Made by a program: the position numbers and the translations under genes
Source of the DNA: Streptosporangiaceae bacterium
Lineage (GTDB): Bacteria > Actinomycetota > Actinomycetes > Streptosporangiales > Streptosporangiaceae
DNA: 64,000 nt
Reading direction: 5' to 3'
NCBI GenBank assembly: GCA_035716545.1
Contig: DASTJM010000047.1
Coordinates: 2,868-66,867 of the forward strand
Notes under the pieces: model-generated
What the model saw: only the letters and a program-made list of their open reading frames with translations
Database searches by the model: none
What the model was told of the DNA's origin: nothing
In this document: one piece after another, positions 9,921 to 17,270 of the stretch
Numbering within the stretch: the first letter of the stretch is position 1
Layout of the letters: every line of letters begins with the position of its first letter

Positions 9921-9966
9921 GGTGGGGACCCCCGCTGTCGCGCAGACAGCAGCAGGGTGCCCCACC
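9921..9966. repeat. extragenic palindromic element, copy 1
   Basis: Imperfect hairpin GGTGGGGACCCCCGCTGTC-GCGCA-GACAGCAGCAGGGTGCCCCACC, just 3' of the acyl-CoA dehydrogenase gene. A near-identical element lies at 13508-13552. Confidence 0.6.
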
Positions 9967-9991
9967 TGTCCGCGCTCCAGGCAGCCTCGAC

Positions 9992-10363
9992 GTGCTTTTC
10001 GCCGCCGAGACGCTCGACGGCCCGCCGCCGCTCGAACTGATCCCGGAGCAAGAATCCACGCATTCGCGCATGTTGCGAGCGCTGACCTACCGCGACGAGG
10101 TCCGGGCCTGGCGCGCCGATGGCGGCATCTTCTTGCTGGGGCATGGAGTCGCAGGGCGGCTCGAGACGGCCATCGAGGTCGACGAAGACCGGCGCGGACA
10201 GGGCCTTGGCCGGCGCCTCGCGACGGCGGCCAGGCATCTGGCGGCGCCAGGCGGCGCCTTGTGGGCACAGGTGGCGCCAGGCAACGCGGCAAGCGTCCGT
10301 GCTTTCCTCGCGGCCGGATTCGTACCGGTTGGGGCAGAGGTCTTGCTCGCAGTGCGACGATGA
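9992..10363 (+). CDS. GNAT-family N-acetyltransferase (short)
   Basis: Acetyl-CoA-binding core IEVDEDRRGQGLGRRLATAARHL...NAASVRAFLAAGFVPVG. GTG start at 9992. At 123 aa the N-terminus may be truncated. Confidence 0.6.
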   Translation: MLFAAETLDGPPPLELIPEQESTHSRMLRALTYRDEVRAWRADGGIFLLGHGVAGRLETAIEVDEDRRGQGLGRRLATAARHLAAPGGALWAQVAPGNAASVRAFLAAGFVPVGAEVLLAVRR

Positions 10364-10367
10364 GAAC

Positions 10368-10676
10368 ATGAGCGACGTTTCTGCCGTGATTGACGATCAG
10401 GGCGAGTCCCGCTTCGAGCTATCCGTCGACAGTGAAGTCGCCGAGCTCACCTACCGAAGGCACGCCGACCGGCTAGTGCTCGTGCACACCGGAGTGCCCG
10501 ATGCTCTGGCTGGCCAGGGCATCGGCGGGCAGCTAGTGCGGGCCGCAGCCGACCGGGCCAAGCGTGATCACCTCACGCTGGTGCCGTTGTGCCCCTTCGC
10601 CCGCGCCTGGCTGGAGCGCCACACCGACATCGCCGGGAAGATCAACGTCGACTGGGGAGCGCCTCCCGACGACTGA
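10368..10676 (+). CDS. GNAT-like acetyltransferase (YjdJ-type small form)
   Basis: Reads SRFELSVDSEVAELTYRRHADRLVLVHTGVPDALAGQGIGGQLVRAA...LVPLCPFARAWLERH, characteristic of the small C-terminal-GNAT family. ATG at 10368. Confidence 0.75.
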   Translation: MSDVSAVIDDQGESRFELSVDSEVAELTYRRHADRLVLVHTGVPDALAGQGIGGQLVRAAADRAKRDHLTLVPLCPFARAWLERHTDIAGKINVDWGAPPDD

Positions 10677-10683
10677 GTGCTGG

Positions 10684-11295
10684 TTACCTGCTTCCTCCGG
10701 CGACCAGCGGCATGAGGGCGTCGAGCTGACGGTCCAGGTCGCGCCCCATGCCCCGGCTGGCGAGGACGCTCGCTCGGCATCCGGCGAACATGAGTACGCG
10801 GGGACGGGTGCGTTCCAGCCAGGAGGTGATCGCATCGGGCTGGGCGAGCCGGGGTGCGCTCCTTTCATCCTGGTGGAGTTCGAGGCCAGCGGGCAAGTTG
10901 AGCAGAGGCCGGCTCAGGTGATCGGCCGCCCGGACGGTTTCCTGGCAGCCCTCGCCGCCGGCCGGGTCGATCAGGATGATCGCGTCGGACAGGTAGACGC
11001 AGGTCCAGGTGCGGTGGCTGAACTCGGGGCTGGCGAGTTCGTGCAGCGCGGCGCCGCGGAACGCCAGGCGGCGGTCCGGCGTGAGCGGGCCGTCTTCCTG
11101 GCGCAGGCCGCGCGGGAACACCAGGTGCACAGGCAACCCGGCGCGGAGACCAGCCAGGGCCGCAGCCGTGTCCACGCCCGTCTGACCGCCAGTGAGCAGG
11201 CAGCGTCCGTGAGTGCGGCCGATCTCGGCGCGCAGGCGTCGTTCGTCGGAGCCGGCCTGGTCAGCTGCCTGGCGCGTCGGGAGGCGCGATGACAA
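10684..11295 (-). CDS. circularly permuted YpsA-like SLOG-family protein ('putative molybdenum carrier' family)
   Basis: Signature LLTGGQTGVDTAAALAGLRAGLPVHLVFPRGLRQEDGPL...HRTWTCVYLSDAIILIDPAGGEGCQET...VLMFAGCRAS. There is no ATG or GTG between the upstream gene's stop and the motif. The nearest start is TTG at 11293-11295, overlapping the phosphatase gene, so the start is uncertain. Confidence 0.7.
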   Translation of the reverse strand: MSSRLPTRQAADQAGSDERRLRAEIGRTHGRCLLTGGQTGVDTAAALAGLRAGLPVHLVFPRGLRQEDGPLTPDRRLAFRGAALHELASPEFSHRTWTCVYLSDAIILIDPAGGEGCQETVRAADHLSRPLLNLPAGLELHQDERSAPRLAQPDAITSWLERTRPRVLMFAGCRASVLASRGMGRDLDRQLDALMPLVAGGSR

Positions 11296-12010
11296 AGTGC
11301 TCTTCGATCGCCGTGATCGTCGCCGGGGCCACGCCGCTATCGAGGCAGAACTGCGCCGGCCCGCCGAACTCTGCCTTGAGCTGGCGCACGAATCCGAGGA
11401 TCGTCTTCTCATGCAGCAAGATGACCTCGGGCCGGTCGTGGTCGTTGCTGGCGTAGAGCGGGTTCTCCGCCAGCTTCTTGGTGACCCTGCGCGCGTTCCT
11501 GTTGCTCTGGACGTAGTCCATGGCGATCTGGCCGTCGGTCACGCCCACCAGGCTGAGCAGAAGCGCGGACATGATGCCGGTTCGGTCACGCCCGGCGGCG
11601 CAGTGGAAGAGGGTAGCCGCCCCGGCCCGCAGATTGCCCGCGATGATCTCCAACGTGGATTTCACCGCCGCGCGGCCGCCGTTCAGGTTGTTCAGATAGA
11701 CCCGTGCCAGCTCGGCCGGGTCGTCGGCGGGGAACGGCTCGTGACCGAGCCTGCCTTCAGCGAGCACGGAGAACCGGTACCTCGGCACGGGAAAGTGCAC
11801 GTCGACCAGTTCGATCTCGGCTTGGGTCCGCAGGTCGATGATGGTGCCGATGCCCAGTTTCTCGAACAGGATCTCCGCGTCGCTGGCCGTGATCTTGTCG
11901 AGCGAGTCGCCTCGGTAGATCACACCGGAGCGGGTGATGCGCTTGTCCCTGGTGCGCAAGCCGCCGAGGTCACGGACGTTGTAGGCGCCCCGCAGCTCGA
12001 TGGCGGTCAT
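11261..12010 (-). CDS. protein-tyrosine phosphatase-like protein (Y_phosphatase3 type)
   Basis: CX5R P-loop in LFHCAAGRDRTGIMSALLL. The N-terminal NVRDLGG motif is typical of this family. Confidence 0.85.
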   Translation of the reverse strand: MTAIELRGAYNVRDLGGLRTRDKRITRSGVIYRGDSLDKITASDAEILFEKLGIGTIIDLRTQAEIELVDVHFPVPRYRFSVLAEGRLGHEPFPADDPAELARVYLNNLNGGRAAVKSTLEIIAGNLRAGAATLFHCAAGRDRTGIMSALLLSLVGVTDGQIAMDYVQSNRNARRVTKKLAENPLYASNDHDRPEVILLHEKTILGFVRQLKAEFGGPAQFCLDSGVAPATITAIEEHFVIAPPDAPGS

Positions 12011-12099
12011 AAAGTCCGTTTCCTCCGGAAAATGATGGCCCGCGACTGTGCGGGCACCAAGTCAGACTATCCGCCTTAGTAAGGTCGTCAGCGTGATGG

Positions 12100-12897
12100 T
12101 CAGGGCTGGCGCAGCGGAGCGACGAGGAGCGTCTGCATACCGCGACCGAACGAGCCTCGCGTGTCGGCGAGCCTGGTCGTCGCAAGGCCAGTGCCATTTG
12201 CGCCGATTACCGTCGATGCTTCCAGGAGCAACCAGTCCCCGACCGGATCGCGCTGCAGCGCGACGGTCAGGTCGGTGTTGATGAACGTGAAGCTCGTGGC
12301 CGGCAGCACGGCCCCGACGCCGCTGCCTGAATCCGCGATCAGGAGAGCGCGTGACATGGACGACATTTCCTCCCCTTCAAGCAGCGGGATACGCGGCCTT
12401 GCCCACGCTCCGCGAACCGGCGCTTGATGGCCGGCCGCTCCCGGCTCCTTGAACCGCCACTCGATCATCGTGAGGTAGCCGACTCGCTGGCGGTTGAAGA
12501 TCTCCGGCGGCAGCCCACCAAATTCGATCACCGATTCCGCCGGGACGCCGTCGGTTATTTCCGGCAGCACGCCATCCGGGCGCTCGAAACGCCAGCCGCG
12601 CGCGTGCAGCACTTCGCGGCCATCGGCCTCCATGACGGCTTCGAGCAGGGCCACCCGCCTGCCTGGCCGCGCCATCCGGGTCCTGACGTCCAGCTTGGCG
12701 ATTGGCACCGGGTGCAGGATGTCAACACACACCCTGGCCAGCCGCTGCCGCGGATCTGGCTCGTGCAGCTCAAGCGCCCGCGCCGCGAGCGCGGACGGCG
12801 GCCCTCCGTGCTGCGCGTCGGCGGACCATGGACCTATCGTGGCTTGCGTCGCTACGAAACTGTCCTCGCCGATCTGCTCGTAGAACGCGCTCTCCAC
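12100..12897 (-). CDS. thioesterase-superfamily protein (TesB-like double hotdog)
   Basis: Reads MESAFYEQIGEDSFVATQATIGPWSADAQHGGPPSALAARALE and FINTDLTVALQRDPVGDWLLLEA, typical of acyl-CoA-thioesterase-like proteins. Confidence 0.78.
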   Translation of the reverse strand: MESAFYEQIGEDSFVATQATIGPWSADAQHGGPPSALAARALELHEPDPRQRLARVCVDILHPVPIAKLDVRTRMARPGRRVALLEAVMEADGREVLHARGWRFERPDGVLPEITDGVPAESVIEFGGLPPEIFNRQRVGYLTMIEWRFKEPGAAGHQAPVRGAWARPRIPLLEGEEMSSMSRALLIADSGSGVGAVLPATSFTFINTDLTVALQRDPVGDWLLLEASTVIGANGTGLATTRLADTRGSFGRGMQTLLVAPLRQP

Positions 12898-13002
12898 CTG
12901 CCGGATGCTACCGGACAGTAGAGTTCTCAGTGAGCGGAGATGCGGCTGACTCGGTACGCTTCGTGCGATGGGTTACCGGCTTTTCGCGGCCGGCCGCCCT
13001 CA

Positions 13003-13074
13003 GGGGTGCTAGCTCAATGGCAGAGCAGCAGACTTTTAATCTGTTGGTTCCGGGTTCGACCCCCGGGCGCCCCA
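13003..13074 (+). tRNA. tRNA-Lys (anticodon TTT)
   Basis: GGGGTGCTAGCTCAATGGCAGAGCAGCAGACTTTTAATCTGTTGGTTCCGGGTTCGACCCCCGGGCGCCCCA. The anticodon loop is CTTTTAA, with a complete cloverleaf. Confidence 0.92.
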
Positions 13075-13257
13075 CCCACCTGACCTGCGGATTCTTTCGT
13101 TGATCTCGTGATACACCGCAGCCAGTTCCGCGGCCGACGTGATCCTCCGCGATCATGATCGAGACCGTAATCACGAAGCTTTACCCAGGTCATAGCCGAT
13201 GTGATCCGCCGTGATCATGCCGCCATCCATGACTACGGAAACCTGCCCTCGTGCCGG

Positions 13258-13340
13258 CCCGGGCGTGCGGGCCCGCGCCGGGCGTGCGGGCCGGGCCGGG
13301 CGTGCGGGCCGGGCGTGCGGGCCGGGCCGGGCGCGGCGGT
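13258..13340. repeat. irregular GC-rich tandem repeat (CGGGCGTGCGGGC-type units, ~4 copies)
   Basis: Reading gives ccgggcgtgcgggcccgcgccgggcgtgcgggccgggccgggcgtgcgggccgggcgtgcgggcc. It lies in a long apparently non-coding stretch after tRNA-Lys. Confidence 0.6.
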
Positions 13341-13507
13341 GGGCGCACGGAACCAGGCGCAGCCGGCGGGCGACCGCGCGGCACGCACCGCCCGAAACAA
13401 CCCCGCCGGCAAACTCGCTGGCTCTCGCCCAGATAACGTGACGGTAACGAGCCCGGAACCCGCGTGTAAGTCCCCGCAATCCATGAGACTCGGCCCCGGC
13501 CCGGTCC

Positions 13508-13552
13508 GGTGGGGCACCCCGCTGCTGTCAGAGCGACAGCAGGGTGCCCCAC
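13508..13552. repeat. extragenic palindromic element, copy 2
   Basis: GGTGGGGCACCCCGCTGCTGTC-AGAGC-GACAGCAGGGTGCCCCAC forms an ~18-bp stem with a small bulge. It is homologous to 9921-9966. Confidence 0.6.
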
Positions 13553-13699
13553 TTAATCCCAGCCCGGCCCGGGAAACCGCCGCACGCCCGCACGGCTCCC
13601 GGACTGACTCGGCAAATTGCCGAGACAGCGGCTCGTCACTGAACGCCAGTTGCGCCGGCCCAGCCGACCATGATCGTCGTTATATCCGGTTACCGACGG

Positions 13700-14650
13700 T
13701 CATATGCGGTGGCCTTCCAAGATGAGTGCCACGTAGGCCGCGTAGCCCGCTAGCAAGAAGGCGCCCGCGACGCGACCGAGGCGGCGCCGCGGGCTCAAGA
13801 TGATCAGGGCGACCGGCAGAACGGTGGCGGCGATAGCGGGACCGATCAGGCCTGACGCTGATACCGGGGTGATGATCGCGGTGGCTCCCATGGTGGCGGT
13901 GGAGTTGTACAGCACCGAGCCGAGCACCCCGGCAAGGGCTAGCTCGTCGATGTTTCGCCGCGCGGCCGCCCAGATCAGGGCGAACAGCTCCGCAACTGTG
14001 GCCAGGGCGACGAAGGTCAGGCCGACCGCGCTGTCTGCCAGGTGCAGCGCCGCGGTCAGCCGCTCGGCGCCAGCCACCGCGAGTCGCCCGCCGATGATCA
14101 TCAAGGCGACCCCGGCCAGCACAAGTAGCAGGGCGAGAGCCGGAGAACGGCCCCGCTCGCTGTCGCGGCCGCCATCGCGATCACCTGCAAGCGCGACCGC
14201 CTCGCCGAGCGGCGGGGGCTGGCGTTCCGCCCGCCAGATGATGCCAAGCCCGACGATGTACAACACGATCAGCCCGACGCCCTCCGCGCGTCCGATCCCG
14301 CCGAGCAAGGCCAGGGCGGTCGCCCCGCTGGCGATTGCCGCCCCGGCCGCATACCACCGCAGCCGGGTCCCCAGCTGCATGGGTGCGATCACGCAGGCCG
14401 CGCCAAGAACCAGGGTGAGCATGGTGACGTTCGCGCCGACCGCGTCGCCGGCGCCGATCCCCGGGTGATGCCTGGCAGCGGCGGTGACTGCAGTGACGAA
14501 TTCTTCCGGCTCGGCACCAGCCAGGATCAGCCCGACCGCGACGAAGCTGACGCCCAGCCGGCGCCCTGCGCCAGCCGCGTTCTCCGCGAACAGTTCAGCG
14601 CCGACGATGAGCAGCGCCGCCGAAGCAGCGAGAAACAAGAACCCGACCAC
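13700..14650 (-). CDS. Na+/Ca2+ exchanger (CaCA) family membrane protein
   Basis: Two internally repeated membrane halves with alpha-repeat motifs LILAGAEPEEFVTAVTAA and TFVALATVAELFALIWAA. The protein is polytopic and hydrophobic. Confidence 0.85.
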   Translation of the reverse strand: MVGFLFLAASAALLIVGAELFAENAAGAGRRLGVSFVAVGLILAGAEPEEFVTAVTAAARHHPGIGAGDAVGANVTMLTLVLGAACVIAPMQLGTRLRWYAAGAAIASGATALALLGGIGRAEGVGLIVLYIVGLGIIWRAERQPPPLGEAVALAGDRDGGRDSERGRSPALALLLVLAGVALMIIGGRLAVAGAERLTAALHLADSAVGLTFVALATVAELFALIWAAARRNIDELALAGVLGSVLYNSTATMGATAIITPVSASGLIGPAIAATVLPVALIILSPRRRLGRVAGAFLLAGYAAYVALILEGHRI

Positions 14651-14704
14651 AAGTCACGTTATATACGTGGCAGCTACACCACCGCGGGAGAGCTGCGCTT
14701 GCGG

Positions 14705-14983
14705 CTAGCCAGGCGATCCAGGAGATCTGACCGCAGTCGCCATCGTCGCGAGAGAGGCGGGGATTTCGCGGGCCAAGCTGCGCTTGCGCAGCGGCCCGCC
14801 GATCAGCCGGCGGTCGAGGGTTTCCAGATGACATTCCCAGCTGACCGCCACCTCGCTGCCGCCGTCCCTGGCGGTGACCTGCCATGCCCAGGCGGTCTCG
14901 TTAAGGCTGCGCTGAGGTGAGCGATGTCCCTGGTTCCCCGCATCGCCGGCCGAGGCACCGAGGTCACTGCCGGAGGCATATTT
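14705..14983 (-). pseudogene. possible C-terminal remnant of an SRPBCC (START/polyketide-cyclase-like) gene
   Basis: A stop-to-stop minus frame reads ..NETAWAWQVTARDGGSEVAVSWECHLETLDRRLIGGPLRKRSLAREIPASLATMATAV and has no usable start codon. This is resemblance only. Confidence 0.25.
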
Positions 14984-15571
14984 TCAGCTTAATGTTTTTG
15001 TCTTTGACAACATCAATGCGCCGATTGACGCCCATTTGCCAACATCAATGATCCCGTTGACTTATTGGTTCGGGTGCTTGGCCGTGCCGGGTCGGCCTGA
15101 ACCGCTTTTGGTGCCGGGGGCGGTCGTTGTGGCTGGGGCTGGCCGGTGCCGGGCGGGGGTGCTGGTGGTGGCCCGGCGGCGCGGCGGGGAGCATCGGAGC
15201 GCCTGCGTTGCTGTGCGGGGCGGGGCCGGGACAGCAACAAAGGCGCGATCTTGCCGTCAGGACAGCAAGATCGCGGCGACATTGCTGACCGGCGCGGCGC
15301 CCGGTCAGCAGCACAGGCGCGACGTTGCTGATCACGGCCCGGCCCGACGCGTGCCGGCAGCGAGTCGTGCCGGCCAGGCCGCCCGCCGCCACCAGCGAAC
15401 CTCAGAAAATAAGCAACGGGATCATCAATTCCCGCATCCATGCGGGCGGGACCGCGTCCCGGTGGTCATCAGCCACTGAGACCTCACCGCTAACGCAAGC
15501 ACCACCACGCCGGCGATGTCGGCGTGGGTCCGACGGCCTGACGGCACGCGCAGGCACAATCGTTGGTAGCC

Positions 15572-15680
15572 GCGGGATGCGACCGGCGCGGGAGGCATGC
15601 GGCGCGGGAGGCGACCGGCGCGGGATGCGACCAGCGCGGGAGGCATGCGGCGCGGGAGGCGACCAGCGCAGGAGGCGACT
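15572..15680 (+). repeat. 16-bp tandem repeat x6.5 (48-bp super-unit x2) abutting the methyltransferase start
   Basis: The units read gcgggatgcgaccggc / gcgggaggcatgcggc / gcgggaggcgaccggc, then the same triplet again with two G>A changes. A final partial unit, gcaggaggcgact, supplies AGGAGG six nt before the GTG at 15681. Confidence 0.85.
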
Positions 15681-16766
15681 GTGGACCGGCTGGCATCGGT
15701 GGAGATCTGCGCGGGTGCCGGAGGGCAGGCCCTTGGCCTGGAACAGGCCGGCTTCAGCCACGCGGCCGCGGTCGAGATCGATCCGGATGCGTGCGAGACG
15801 CTGCGCCGTAATCGCGGCGCGGTCTGGAAGATCATCGAAGACGACGTGGCGAACGTCGACGGACATGCCTTCCTGAACGTGGATTTGCTCGCCGGCGGGG
15901 TGCCATGCCCGCCGTTTTCCATCGCCGGCAGGCAACTCGGCGAGGAGGATGATCGAGACCTGTTCCCGCAGGCCCTGCGGCTGGCAGCAGAGATCGGCCC
16001 GCGCGCGGTGTTGCTGGAAAACGTGCGCGGTCTTGCAGCGTCCCGGTTCGATGGGTACCGCGCCCAGGTCCTGGCCAGGCTCCGCTCCCTGGGATTTGAG
16101 ACCTGGTGGGATCTGGTCAATGCCAGCGACCACGGGGTCCCCCAGCTCCGGCCGCGATTCGTGCTCGTCGCGGTCCGCCAGCCGTGGGCAGGATGGTTCC
16201 GCTGGCCATCACCCGCCGCTGGCCCGCCGCCCACTGTCGGCCAGACCCTGGCCGACCTGATGGCCGCGCGCGCCTGGCCCGGAGCGGCCGCGTGGTCTCA
16301 GGGCGCGAACGCGATCTCGCCGACGATCGTTGGCGGCAGCAAGAAGCACGGCGGGCCGGACCTAGGCCCGACGCGGGCCCGCGCGGCGTGGCGAGAGCTC
16401 GGCGTAGACGGGCTCGGCATCGCCGACGACATTCCCGGCCCGGACTACCCGGCCGGGAAAAGGCCGAGGCTCACGATCCGAATGGTCGCCCGGCTGCAAG
16501 GGTTCCCCGATTCGTGGGAGATCACGGGCCGCAAGACCGCCGCTTACCGCCAGGTTGGCAACGCTTTCCCCCCGCCCGTGGCCAGGGCATTCGGCACCGC
16601 CATAGCCAACGCTCTCCGCCGCACGGTACCCTCCAGCGCAGCGACGGGCGCGGAACACCATGCGAGCCTCGTATCCGGCACCGGCCCGCACGCCGCCCCA
16701 GGTGGTGCGGACGCGCTGGCCGTGCAAGCCGGCGATATCGAGGGCTGCTCTTGCGGCAGTCTTTAG
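15681..16766 (+). CDS. DNA (cytosine-5)-methyltransferase, apparently solitary
   Basis: Motif I EICAGAGGQALG, motif IV GGVPCPPFS, motif VI LLENV, QLRPR, motif X VGNAFPPPVA. GTG start at 15681 with an AGGAGG RBS. An in-frame upstream start at 15597 would add only repeat-encoded residues. Confidence 0.9.
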   Translation: MDRLASVEICAGAGGQALGLEQAGFSHAAAVEIDPDACETLRRNRGAVWKIIEDDVANVDGHAFLNVDLLAGGVPCPPFSIAGRQLGEEDDRDLFPQALRLAAEIGPRAVLLENVRGLAASRFDGYRAQVLARLRSLGFETWWDLVNASDHGVPQLRPRFVLVAVRQPWAGWFRWPSPAAGPPPTVGQTLADLMAARAWPGAAAWSQGANAISPTIVGGSKKHGGPDLGPTRARAAWRELGVDGLGIADDIPGPDYPAGKRPRLTIRMVARLQGFPDSWEITGRKTAAYRQVGNAFPPPVARAFGTAIANALRRTVPSSAATGAEHHASLVSGTGPHAAPGGADALAVQAGDIEGCSCGSL

Positions 16767-16788
16767 ACCTAGACCGGGAAAAGGGAGC

Positions 16789-17031
16789 ATGCTGGAGACA
16801 ATGAGTGAGTTCCGCGCTGTGTCTCGCCGGCGCCATCTGGCAAGCAGTCCCTTCAACGCACCGGTTCAACCCGAACCGGTGGAGACCTTCGAGGTGAACG
16901 ATCAGGTAACGCATGACAAGTTCGGCCTTGGCGTCGTGCTCAGCGTCGAGCCGGACGTAGCCGTCCTGGTGGATTTCGAGTCACGGCGAATGCGAATCAC
17001 CGCACCGTACTCCAAGATGACCAAGCTGTGA
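16789..17031 (+). CDS. DUF3553-type small protein (UvrD/PcrA C-terminal tudor-like domain)
   Basis: Reads FEVNDQVTHDKFGLGVVLSVEPDVAVLVDFESRRMRITAPYSKMTKL. ATG at 16789, preceded by AAGGGAG. Confidence 0.72.
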   Translation: MLETMSEFRAVSRRRHLASSPFNAPVQPEPVETFEVNDQVTHDKFGLGVVLSVEPDVAVLVDFESRRMRITAPYSKMTKL

Positions 17032-17270
17032 CATCGGTGCCCGGCTAGCGCGCCTGCGCGGCCGACACCAGCGTCGCCACCAAAAAGCTCATGCGGCAGT
17101 CGTGGTAGCGTGTGGGGTAATGGTGGCGCCAGCCACTCCCCACCGCAGGCAGTGCGCCTGCGCGGTCGGTTATGTGAGCAGTCCGTGTCTCGGTGAGTTC
17201 CGAATTTCACCGTCGTCGTTGACGTCTCGTGGCATGACGCGGCCCATGAGACCAATGACGGAGTTCATTT

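Noticed and set aside
13171-13552. Several 60-120-aa ORFs rich in PARPAR and GRAGRA.
   Set aside because: They are produced by the GC-rich tandem repeat read in multiple frames and on both strands. They have no start context or domain. One overlaps tRNA-Lys.
14984-15571. A hidden restriction endonuclease or Vsr partner for the C5 methyltransferase.
   Set aside because: All frames give low-complexity Arg/Ala/Gly/Pro translations broken by hairpin-forming repeats. There are no PD-(D/E)xK, HNH or Vsr (FVDGCFWH-type) motifs.
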